IMG/VR virus record: IMGVR_UViG_3300027985_000306
Span: 1-50,456 of that record
DNA length: 50,456 bases
From: a virus
Taxonomy: Duplodnaviria; Caudoviricetes
Direction: 5' to 3' (one strand)
Position numbers and translations under genes: made by a program
Shown here: positions 42,449 through 50,456 of the stretch, one piece after another
How positions within the stretch are numbered: position 1 is the stretch's first letter
How the letters are laid out: each line of letters begins with the position of its first letter
The notes under the pieces: generated by a model
Databases searched by the model: none
What the model was told of the DNA's origin: nothing
The model's input: the letters and a program-made list of their open reading frames with translations, nothing else

Positions 42449-43929
42449 AGAGAATAATTGCTCCGCCAATTCGTATAGGTGTTGGTCAGCCCGTTACCAT
42501 CAAAGTGAAAGCTACGCTCGATGGTAAGGTAGTTTTGCACAGAGAAGGTCACTCCCTGCTTGCGAACTTCCTTCGGCTGCTATATGCGAAGATGATTGGT
42601 GGTCCTAGCGATTCCCAGGACTACGGAGCAACTATGAGGGCGATATATCCTACGTCTGACCAGTTTCAGACCAAGGTTTTGTCGGCTACGAAGGATGATC
42701 CATGCAGGGTTATTCTTGATGAAGGGGAAGGCTGGTCTACTTCAGGAGAGGAAGCAAGGCGTGCTGCGATCTCAGGAGCGCAAGGAATGACGCTTCTGAA
42801 CAATGATGAGCTCTTTTTAGATTACATAGGTCCCAGTACGTATGATGTTTATACTGATTTTGTTGGCGGTACGGGACTTGATACGACATTAGAATCAGAT
42901 TATGTAGCTGATTCAGCTAGAGTTATTAAGTATGACTATGCCCCTTCACATGGAAACAGTGGTACATTTAGCGTTCTTGGGTCTAAAATCCTATACGGTA
43001 TACGCCTTGGTACAGGTTCCACGGCGGTAGCTATTGATAACTTTCATCTCGATAGAATAGATATGGAGATGGAAGTTGGAGATCAGACTGTTACTCCTCC
43101 TGCCGTTGATACAGAAGCCGAGACGTCTACCATCGTATTTACCAGAACCTTTACGAACAACTCTCCTTCAACAGTTACTGTTACAGAGATCGGACTCTTT
43201 GCGAATATTGGACACTGGCTCACTGGCTATCCTGCAATGATAGCCAGAGATATCATCTCTCCCTCACAAGCAATTCCCGCTGGGTCAGAGTTTACTATCG
43301 AATATCAGATTGTTGTAGCTCTTGAGAACGTAACTCCTCCCTATGGCGGTGTTCTTCGTCAGCTTGGGGAGCTTCTTTACCGTCAGTTCAATCAAGCAAC
43401 TAGGGAAGCTAAGGACTGGCTTAACGCTAGCCAGTCTGTTGGTCCAGGCAACTTGAATCTAAGAGTATGCTTTCCTGGAGGTTTTAGTACTCCTTTTTAT
43501 ACTGGGAATGACCAACCAGGCTGGCCGTTTGGCCCCCTTCTCGGAACGGATGATCAGACAGATAATCCGCTAGGTATTGACAACTTTGGCCTCAATAGTG
43601 GTGTTGATGATACTCTTATTTACTATGGAAAAGGCACTGGGCCAAATGGGATAGGTGAACTTCGTTACTTCCCGGCGTTAGTTGAAGATTTCACTGTAGC
43701 GGGAGGTATTGCTAGCTTTCATATCATTCGGCCAGCGCTCAATGTTAGTGGTTCGCAAATCACAGCGAAAGAGGCTGGACTAGTCGTGTGTGGGAACAAT
43801 ACTGGAGATTTAGGCAATAGCTGGAACGACATACACTTTGTTACTAGGCATATCTTGTCTAGCGCTGTCCCTATCGACAATAACGAATTGGTCTTGATAG
43901 ACCAAGAGTTCGCTTTGCAGGTATCATAA
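42445..43929 (+). CDS. Putative tail/appendage protein with two related domains
   Basis: Repeated motif N.S...TVTEIGLF...ARDII / NVSGSQITAKEAGLV...TRHIL. Confidence 0.55.
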   Translation: MKRIIAPPIRIGVGQPVTIKVKATLDGKVVLHREGHSLLANFLRLLYAKMIGGPSDSQDYGATMRAIYPTSDQFQTKVLSATKDDPCRVILDEGEGWSTSGEEARRAAISGAQGMTLLNNDELFLDYIGPSTYDVYTDFVGGTGLDTTLESDYVADSARVIKYDYAPSHGNSGTFSVLGSKILYGIRLGTGSTAVAIDNFHLDRIDMEMEVGDQTVTPPAVDTEAETSTIVFTRTFTNNSPSTVTVTEIGLFANIGHWLTGYPAMIARDIISPSQAIPAGSEFTIEYQIVVALENVTPPYGGVLRQLGELLYRQFNQATREAKDWLNASQSVGPGNLNLRVCFPGGFSTPFYTGNDQPGWPFGPLLGTDDQTDNPLGIDNFGLNSGVDDTLIYYGKGTGPNGIGELRYFPALVEDFTVAGGIASFHIIRPALNVSGSQITAKEAGLVVCGNNTGDLGNSWNDIHFVTRHILSSAVPIDNNELVLIDQEFALQVS

Positions 43930-44681
43930 TGTCCGCTATACGAGAAGAGATTAGACTGGGCATTGCTCAAGCGACTGTTGGGGATACCACCCTCAGTATC
44001 TCGGGACCGCTGAAGCTGTCCTTGCATACAGCTGATCCCGGCTTTTCAGGTGCGCCGACTAATGAGGTTACTGGAGGCAGCTATGCTAGACAGACGATAA
44101 CCTTCGGAGCGCCTACGACTGATGCTCCTGGCCGAAAAATCAACAACAACAATCAGATAGAATTCGCTGGTATGCCTGCGGCTACCATCACACATTGGTA
44201 TGTTTGGAGCAGTCTTGGCGTAGCGTTGTTTCGAGGGACTATTTCTGCGTCGGTAGGGGCTGGACAATCCCTTATCGTAGAGATTGGAGACATTAAACTA
44301 CACGTTGAGGGGCTGCAATCTACCTTCTGGATGGACGCAGTTCTGGATGCTCTGCGAGCTGCCACAGAAGTAGACTACACATCCGACACGATTTATCTCT
44401 CTCTTTGCTCTGCAGATCCTGGGCAGGGAGCAGTTACAAATTTGCTACCAGGGATAACACCATTGGATGCCAAGGCAGCGCTTGATACAGTGCAATCAGT
44501 ATACCACTGGACAAATGGCAATGTCCTAACGCATCCTCAAATATCGCCAGCTACGCCAGCTTATTGGGTTATATATAATGCCTCGTTATCGAATCAGGTG
44601 CTTTTAAGGACTAACATTGGAGGTTCTGAGCATACAGACTTCCGTTGGCGTCCTTATAAGCCAGACCTTTATGCTGCGTAA
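43929..44681 (+). CDS. Tail fibre-associated protein with tandem L.L.TADPG domains (paralog of 48025-48771)
   Basis: LHTADPG...EVTGGSYARQTITF and a second LCSADPG unit. Confidence 0.65.
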   Translation: MSAIREEIRLGIAQATVGDTTLSISGPLKLSLHTADPGFSGAPTNEVTGGSYARQTITFGAPTTDAPGRKINNNNQIEFAGMPAATITHWYVWSSLGVALFRGTISASVGAGQSLIVEIGDIKLHVEGLQSTFWMDAVLDALRAATEVDYTSDTIYLSLCSADPGQGAVTNLLPGITPLDAKAALDTVQSVYHWTNGNVLTHPQISPATPAYWVIYNASLSNQVLLRTNIGGSEHTDFRWRPYKPDLYAA

Positions 44682-45382
44682 TGCCACTTCATAACTACAA
44701 TACTGCAGCGGATTGGGACGCTGTCTACGGACCTGCTAATAGCAGTCGAGTAGCTAGCTTGGTGGAGTACGTGCAGCACTCGCCTACTAGAAGAACGGCC
44801 AGGAATATTCCGTTCTCCGAAGATCCTTTGAAGTGGCAGAAGTTGGTCTATGGGAACGAGGACGACATTGAATGGTATCATCTGCGGAGAGATCATATCT
44901 TATCGTTGTTCAGCGTTGGACTTACGGATAGAAAGCTCGTCATTGGAGGTGGTACAGGAGCACTCGCTGAATCGTTCATAGCAGCAGGGCACTCGAACAT
45001 ATGGACTCTGGAATCTAGCCCTTGGATTAACGGTAATACGGCTAGAATGTGGAACAGCACGTTGATGGTTAATGAGTCTATCAACGGGAACCAGTTGAAG
45101 CAGAAGCTACGGTCTGTTACAGGAGATGATGTGTTCGATTGGATCATTGATGAGTATATGTTCGAAGGCTATTTAGATGCAGAGCTAACGAATATTGAAG
45201 TCAATCCTAGCACTCGGTTTATCGACCTGCCTGAACTGATCCTAGATGTAGGCGTCCCACAGACGCATATTATTCATCTAGTCCATGCCTCAGGCAATCC
45301 TGCCTACATCAACGTAAAGTCCATAGCGGAGTGGGAGCTTCTCGACTCCAGTCATACGTGGACTGTAGTTCCGGGGGTGTAG
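44681..45382 (+). CDS. Hypothetical protein with class I SAM-methyltransferase-like motif
   Basis: KLVIGGGTGALAE...WTLESS...FDWII resembles motifs I, II and IV. Confidence 0.45.
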   Translation: MPLHNYNTAADWDAVYGPANSSRVASLVEYVQHSPTRRTARNIPFSEDPLKWQKLVYGNEDDIEWYHLRRDHILSLFSVGLTDRKLVIGGGTGALAESFIAAGHSNIWTLESSPWINGNTARMWNSTLMVNESINGNQLKQKLRSVTGDDVFDWIIDEYMFEGYLDAELTNIEVNPSTRFIDLPELILDVGVPQTHIIHLVHASGNPAYINVKSIAEWELLDSSHTWTVVPGV

Positions 45383-45383
45383 C

Positions 45384-48017
45384 ATGGCTCAACTACTCAC
45401 ATCAGGTGCTGAATATCGTCCTACGTATGATGGACGCATCGGGCCATGGAGAGATGCCAGCGGTAGGTTCAATGGCATTATGAAGGAGACGGGAGCTAGA
45501 GACAATGTTTATGCTTTCCGTAGTCCTGCTGGCGGCCCGTTATCTGGTACTTGGGGTTCTAATAGCGAAGGTAACGGAACTACCAACTTTGCGATTGTTT
45601 GTGTAGATACCCAGTTGGTAGGTACGACTCTTCACGTAGCCTTCATGGCTCAGAGTATTACTGCAGCGCAGAACTGGATTCTAAGATATGCAACATACAC
45701 ACTAGGGACAACTCCTGCATGGAGCATTGGGGAGTTGGTCGATGATTACAGCACTTCTGGTACTCTCTCTACTGAAACCTATACTCCAGTTCCGACGTGC
45801 CGAATCGACGTACGTTCGGATGGGGATGTTCTGATTGCCTATCAAGGAGGTTTGGAGACAGTCAAAGGAACGGATAGGAATAGAGTTAAGTATGCTCGTC
45901 GGGAGGGAGGTTCTTGGACGGCTAACATCGCGCTTGATGCGGGCGGGGCAATTGACTATGACCATCCTCGCGCTGGTGAGATGACAGGTACGGATAACTT
46001 TTACATTATGTTCTGTAATCGAGGCGATGCACAGACTGAAGGTACCGCTTCGTCCTCACGAGATAAGAGATACATTGATAGTTCAAATTCAATCAACACT
46101 GCTGGTGGTACGACTAACTATGGTCCTAGTGACGCAGTAGCAATAGATAGCAATGATATTGTTGTTATTGAAAGAGATTCGAGTACTGGACAGATAGAGC
46201 TAGACGAAGTTGATGCAACTCCTTCTACGGTCACAAACAGAAGTTCTGGGCTCTTTAACATCTTGTCAGGTTGGGGTAGTGCTGGCTGTGATTGGGATGG
46301 TAGTAAGCTGCATATCATTGCAAGGAAGGATGATACTACGGACTCTCGTAGGTACGCAACTTGGGTGCGGACTAATACTTGGACGGATGTTCAAGAAGAA
46401 GAAGCTACGGAGACTAGCAATTATGGCTACAGCGTTGTATATAATGGTGCTGATGGTAAGCTAGGCTATTTCTTCGCTGACGCCGCAACTGGTGGAGATT
46501 GTTATTATGAGGAGATAACACTAACTACTTATAGTGATCTCGTAGCAGCTCCAGCAGGTGCAGCGGCAGGAACTGGTGCTGGTAAGCCCATCACGACATT
46601 ATCTCCGGCTCCTGCGGGTGCTGGAACAGGTACAGGTGCTGGTACTGCATTTGCGACTTTACTCCCTGCATATCTTGGTATTGCCAGTAACACAGGCGAA
46701 GGATCAACGCCTCAGGATCTTATTGTAGCTCCTGTAGGTATCGCCACTGGAACTGGCACAGGTAAGGATATCTTTGTTCTCAATACTCTTGGAGGGGCCA
46801 ACTTCCTGGAGTTTACTGGAACTAGTGTTGCTCCTTGGGTAGGAGATGTTCTTTCTGCTGCTCCAGCAGGGGCGGCTACTAACACTGGAGCCGGACAAGG
46901 GTATGATACTCTTGCCGTAGCTCCTGCTGGTATTGCTACTAACACAGGAACAGGTAAGGGATTTGAAACTCTCTCACCTGCTTTCGCTGGTGCCGGTACA
47001 GGTACAGGCGCGGGAACTGCATTTGAGCTTCTTGTTGCGGCCTTTAGTGCTCTGGCAACTGGTACAGCTACAGGTCTTGCTCTTGAGATTCTAACGGCTG
47101 CTTTTGCTGGTGCTGCTAGCAATACAGGGACAGGAAGTAGCGGAGTAACCTATGAAGATCTGATTGCTGCCTTTGCTGCTTCTGCTGCAAACACTGGAGC
47201 AGGCCAGCCCTTTACAACAGTAGTGCCTGCATTTGCAGGAGCTGCTACTGGCTCTGGCGTAGGTATTCTTTGTATTCTCGTTTCAATGGCTGCTGCTGCG
47301 TCTAATACAGGTGCAGGTAAGGGTCTGGAGGCTTTGACAGCAGCATTTGCTGGAGCCGGAACGGGTACTGCTGCGGGTACTGCATTAGAGACTCTTATAG
47401 CGGCATTCTCTGGTGCTGGAACAGGCAGTGGAGCAGCAACAGCGTTAGAGACTCTTTCGATAGCCTTCAATGGTATTGCTACCAACATTGGTTGGGAGGA
47501 TTTGGGCTACGAAGAACTCATTATTCAGGCATTAGGCTTAGCTACCACTGCTCCAGCTTATGGGACTGTATACAAAGTTCTTGCTCCTCATTTTCGCGGT
47601 ATTGCTAAGAACCATACTCCTGCTGAGCTACTGATTCAGCTTTTGGGCGCAGGTACTGGAACTGCTTCGGGCCTGTCCCTTGTCAATCTTAGCTCCGTTC
47701 TGTTCTCTGGTGCAGCTACAGGTGCCGGTGCGGGTGCTCCTATAGCTACGCTAGTTCCAGCATTTGCTGGCTCAGCGGCTGGTTCTGCTGCTGCTCTTGG
47801 TTATACTCTTATAGTTCCAGTCTTCAATGGTGCTGCCTCTGTTCTTGGTGGAGGAGGCGATATTGGAGTGCTGACAATAGACTTCAATGGTAGGGCTAAG
47901 GTTTGGGGCCTCTGCACTGCGCCGACTCCTATTGTTGATTTCGTAGCAAAGGCATACGGGCATGAGTTCGTAGCCAAAGCGTTTCGTAGCGCCTTTTTCT
48001 CCAACGAACTAAAATAA
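45384..48017 (+). CDS. Tail fibre/spike: N-terminal beta-propeller-like head plus Ala/Gly/Thr repeat shaft
   Basis: BNR-like blades (LHVAF..YA....W) followed by ~20-aa repeats such as L.AAFAGAGTGT.AG.A.E. Confidence 0.7.
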   Translation: MAQLLTSGAEYRPTYDGRIGPWRDASGRFNGIMKETGARDNVYAFRSPAGGPLSGTWGSNSEGNGTTNFAIVCVDTQLVGTTLHVAFMAQSITAAQNWILRYATYTLGTTPAWSIGELVDDYSTSGTLSTETYTPVPTCRIDVRSDGDVLIAYQGGLETVKGTDRNRVKYARREGGSWTANIALDAGGAIDYDHPRAGEMTGTDNFYIMFCNRGDAQTEGTASSSRDKRYIDSSNSINTAGGTTNYGPSDAVAIDSNDIVVIERDSSTGQIELDEVDATPSTVTNRSSGLFNILSGWGSAGCDWDGSKLHIIARKDDTTDSRRYATWVRTNTWTDVQEEEATETSNYGYSVVYNGADGKLGYFFADAATGGDCYYEEITLTTYSDLVAAPAGAAAGTGAGKPITTLSPAPAGAGTGTGAGTAFATLLPAYLGIASNTGEGSTPQDLIVAPVGIATGTGTGKDIFVLNTLGGANFLEFTGTSVAPWVGDVLSAAPAGAATNTGAGQGYDTLAVAPAGIATNTGTGKGFETLSPAFAGAGTGTGAGTAFELLVAAFSALATGTATGLALEILTAAFAGAASNTGTGSSGVTYEDLIAAFAASAANTGAGQPFTTVVPAFAGAATGSGVGILCILVSMAAAASNTGAGKGLEALTAAFAGAGTGTAAGTALETLIAAFSGAGTGSGAATALETLSIAFNGIATNIGWEDLGYEELIIQALGLATTAPAYGTVYKVLAPHFRGIAKNHTPAELLIQLLGAGTGTASGLSLVNLSSVLFSGAATGAGAGAPIATLVPAFAGSAAGSAAALGYTLIVPVFNGAASVLGGGGDIGVLTIDFNGRAKVWGLCTAPTPIVDFVAKAYGHEFVAKAFRSAFFSNELK

Positions 48018-48024
48018 CACGATC

Positions 48025-48771
48025 ATGTCAGACTTCTGTAACTACGCAGAAAATGCTGCGGTAGACGCTGCTGTAGGTGCTGCTACGCTGGCTGCTACCA
48101 CAAGCCTTACGCTGCACTTGCACACCGCTGATCCTGGCGAAGTTGGAACTTCCAACGAGGTAACTGGAGGCTCCTATTCAGCCCAAGCGATCACATTCAG
48201 TGCTCCAGAAGCTGGAACTGGAGCTAATCGAAAGGTGGAGAACGACGCGGCTATCACATTTAGTGGTATGCCTGCTGCCACTGTTACTCACTTTTCGGTG
48301 TGGGATCAATCGTCCAACGTCTGGTTCAAGGGAGCATTCGGTTCTTCTATCGTCGTTGGTGCTGGAGGTGACATTGACATCGCTATCGACGGCATCAGCA
48401 TCGAACTGTCGGGAGACTGGAACGCGATCGTTATGGATGGTATTCTAAATGCCTTCCGAGGTAGCGCCGCATTCAACCTCACTGGTGAGACGATCGTCTT
48501 GACGCTCTGTACAGGCGATCCTGGTACTGGTGTTGTAGCCAACGAAGTCGCAGGCATTACTCACCAGACACCTACATGGGGAGCCGCCTCAGATGGTGTA
48601 AAGTTGAACAGCGCAGACATCACGTTCCCAACCGTCTCGTCTGCTACAGTATCTTGGGCTGCGTTGCTTCGAGAGAGCGACGATCAAGTTCTGTGGAGTG
48701 ACGACATTGCAGATGCAACTAGCACAGACTTCCGTGTGAAAACGGGTGATCTGAGCGTAACTGTAGCCTGA
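48025..48771 (+). CDS. Tail fibre-associated protein with tandem L.L.TADPG domains
   Basis: LHTADPG...EVTGGSY..Q.ITF.AP; GMPAAT.TH shared with 43929-44681. Confidence 0.65.
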   Translation: MSDFCNYAENAAVDAAVGAATLAATTSLTLHLHTADPGEVGTSNEVTGGSYSAQAITFSAPEAGTGANRKVENDAAITFSGMPAATVTHFSVWDQSSNVWFKGAFGSSIVVGAGGDIDIAIDGISIELSGDWNAIVMDGILNAFRGSAAFNLTGETIVLTLCTGDPGTGVVANEVAGITHQTPTWGAASDGVKLNSADITFPTVSSATVSWAALLRESDDQVLWSDDIADATSTDFRVKTGDLSVTVA

Positions 48772-49112
48772 TGTCTACATCAGCTGGAATCTTCGAGATA
48801 CCAGTTGGTGGGGCTCGGGATGTCTCCATCGACTGGTCAGATTGGCTTGAGAGTCTACCGTCGGGGCAAACACTTGATGCGGTGTCTGCTCCGACGGCAG
48901 ACGGCTCTGATGGCAACATCACCAATCCCTACAATCCAAGCTTGGTAGGTAATATCTCTACCCACTACTTTAACGCTGAAAGCGCTTTTGTAGGAGTTTA
49001 CCTATTCAAGATCACTGCGACGTCTAACGGTACGCCTCCAGTACCTGACTTCAAAGGACCACGGTGGCTTACTATCAAGGTACTGCCTAGGGCTTTTGTC
49101 GAGGAGGTTTGA
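48771..49112 (+). CDS. Fibre-tail adaptor-like protein
   Basis: D.SIDWSDWL motif typical of small phage fibre adaptors. Confidence 0.5.
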   Translation: MSTSAGIFEIPVGGARDVSIDWSDWLESLPSGQTLDAVSAPTADGSDGNITNPYNPSLVGNISTHYFNAESAFVGVYLFKITATSNGTPPVPDFKGPRWLTIKVLPRAFVEEV

Positions 49113-49162
49113 CGGGGAGACTCTCATCATCATGAATCCTACCCGCTTTCATAGGAGGAGAC

Positions 49163-49504
49163 ATGGAGTCGATTATAGACGCCTTGACTAGTGTTGAGCC
49201 ATTACTGGGCGTAATAGCCACTATAGCTATTGGGATAGTAGGATATCTCGTTCACGAAAATCGTGCTCTTAACAAGAGACTAACTGATGTCCAGGACAGA
49301 GAGATCGACGGGCTCAAGAAGTTTTTGGGCGTTCTTGAGACAGTGGAGAACTTTGTTCGGACAGCAACCGCCGATACCGAGCATGAACGGGAATTCAGAG
49401 TCCAATGCCGAACTACCCTCGAAGCCGTCAGGGAGCAACAAAAGGAGATTACCGAACTCCTCCGAAATCGCTTACTTGCACAGGCAGATAGAGGCCCGAA
49501 TTAG
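49163..49504 (+). CDS. Holin-like membrane protein
   Basis: Single N-terminal TM helix plus coiled coil; AGGAGG Shine-Dalgarno upstream. Confidence 0.5.
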   Translation: MESIIDALTSVEPLLGVIATIAIGIVGYLVHENRALNKRLTDVQDREIDGLKKFLGVLETVENFVRTATADTEHEREFRVQCRTTLEAVREQQKEITELLRNRLLAQADRGPN

Positions 49505-49545
49505 GAGTATTCGTTCTTCTGGCTATGTCAAACCATCTAACATAG

Positions 49546-50456
49546 ATGAGCGATCCTAACAACATACGGGACATTCTGGCAGCCTGTTATCAGGACTCGC
49601 AGACTATGGCTAAGGTATTCTTGCCTGAGCGGTTCTGGAGACCGTTCGATCCGCAGGTGCATGGCCAGATGTTTGACCTGATCGACAACAGCGATAATCC
49701 ACTAAAGGCCATTGCAGCGCCTCGTGGTATGGGTAAGACTTCTATCATCAACCTATTGCTGCCTATGAAAGCTATCTTGTTTCAGGAAAGCCGCTACATC
49801 GTTCCAGTTAGCGCAACGACCGACCTTGCAATGCAGCAAGCTGAGAACTTGAAACAAGAACTAATCATCAATCCTTTGGTTGAGAAGCTCTATGGTCCCT
49901 TGGCATCTCAAAACTTCAGCAAGCGTCAGTGGGTCGTCAACATAGGCGACCAGGATATATGCGTTATGCCTCGAGGCGCTGGACAGCAGATTCGTGGTTT
50001 GCTCTACCGTAACTACAGACCCGGCCTTATCCTCGTGGATGACTTGGAAGATCCAGAGGCGATGGACTCCGAGGAACAGCGAGCTAAGAAGAAGGAGTGG
50101 TTCTACGCTGACCTACTAAACTGTGTTGACCGTGGAAAAGGTAGCCAATGGCAGATCATTGTACTGGGTACGATTCTGCACCAAGACTCTTTGCTCGAAG
50201 GTCTGCTTGATAATCCTTCTTGGGACTCTATTCGCCTCGAGTTGTGCGATGACAATCTAAACAGTCTTGCGCCGAACTTTATGTCCACCAAGGACGTTCG
50301 GACGCTATATCAGCAATTTAAGGAAGCTGGAAAGGAGGATACATTCTATCGAGAATATAGAAACAACCCTGTTCCTATCTCTTCAGATGCTACCTTCCCT
50401 TCCGCACTGTTTAAGAACTACGATCCTGTCAAAGAGAATCTCGACGCCAATCCGCA
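49546..50456 (+). CDS. terL: Terminase large subunit, N-terminal ATPase domain (runs off the window end; not in ORF track)
   Basis: MSDPNNIRD...; Walker A APRGMGKTS, QQIRG, Walker B LILVDDLED, IVLGTILH.DSLL. Confidence 0.92.
   Translation, partial: MSDPNNIRDILAACYQDSQTMAKVFLPERFWRPFDPQVHGQMFDLIDNSDNPLKAIAAPRGMGKTSIINLLLPMKAILFQESRYIVPVSATTDLAMQQAENLKQELIINPLVEKLYGPLASQNFSKRQWVVNIGDQDICVMPRGAGQQIRGLLYRNYRPGLILVDDLEDPEAMDSEEQRAKKKEWFYADLLNCVDRGKGSQWQIIVLGTILHQDSLLEGLLDNPSWDSIRLELCDDNLNSLAPNFMSTKDVRTLYQQFKEAGKEDTFYREYRNNPVPISSDATFPSALFKNYDPVKENLDANP

Noticed and set aside
43929-48771. Diversity-generating retroelement or invertible tail-fibre cassette
   Set aside because: The paralogs are diverged at all positions rather than adenine-specifically, and no reverse transcriptase or invertase was recognised.
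1-50456. Stop-codon reassignment
   Set aside because: Core genes are full length in the standard code, TAA, TAG and TGA all terminate genes, and the only tRNA found is a normal Gln(TTG).

Overview
This window is a nearly complete, circularly permuted ~50.5-kb dsDNA tailed-phage genome with podovirus-like architecture. The large terminase gene is split across the two window ends, with a short stretch probably missing. The + strand (40777 through the end, then 1-16528) carries morphogenesis genes: TerS, tail fibre/appendage genes, a holin-like gene, TerL, portal, scaffold, major capsid, adaptor, nozzle and three ejection/internal virion proteins. The - strand (about 40300 down to 16525) carries early and replication genes: many small ORFs, J-domain and vWA proteins, tRNA-Gln, PD-(D/E)XK nuclease, Sak4-like ATPase, SSB, a ParB-methyltransferase fusion, a UDG-PolA fusion, a DUF3987-like NTPase, MazG and an M15 endolysin. 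No integrase, primase or RNA polymerase was recognised. The most striking unannotated signals are non-coding. (1) Two co-oriented type II hammerhead ribozymes with matching stem II arms bracket a 2.36-kb block of early genes and could release, and possibly circularise, it. (2) The likely first-transcribed two-gene cassette has an rRNA-operon-like boxA/boxC leader, is enclosed by a perfect 16-bp inverted repeat, and is almost free of CAG/GAG/TAG on both strands. (3) A palindromic, iteron-like origin candidate has a satellite copy of its repeat 4.7 kb away. (4) There are two ~105-117-nt structured RNA candidates. All family assignments come from motif recognition by eye, not from database searches.
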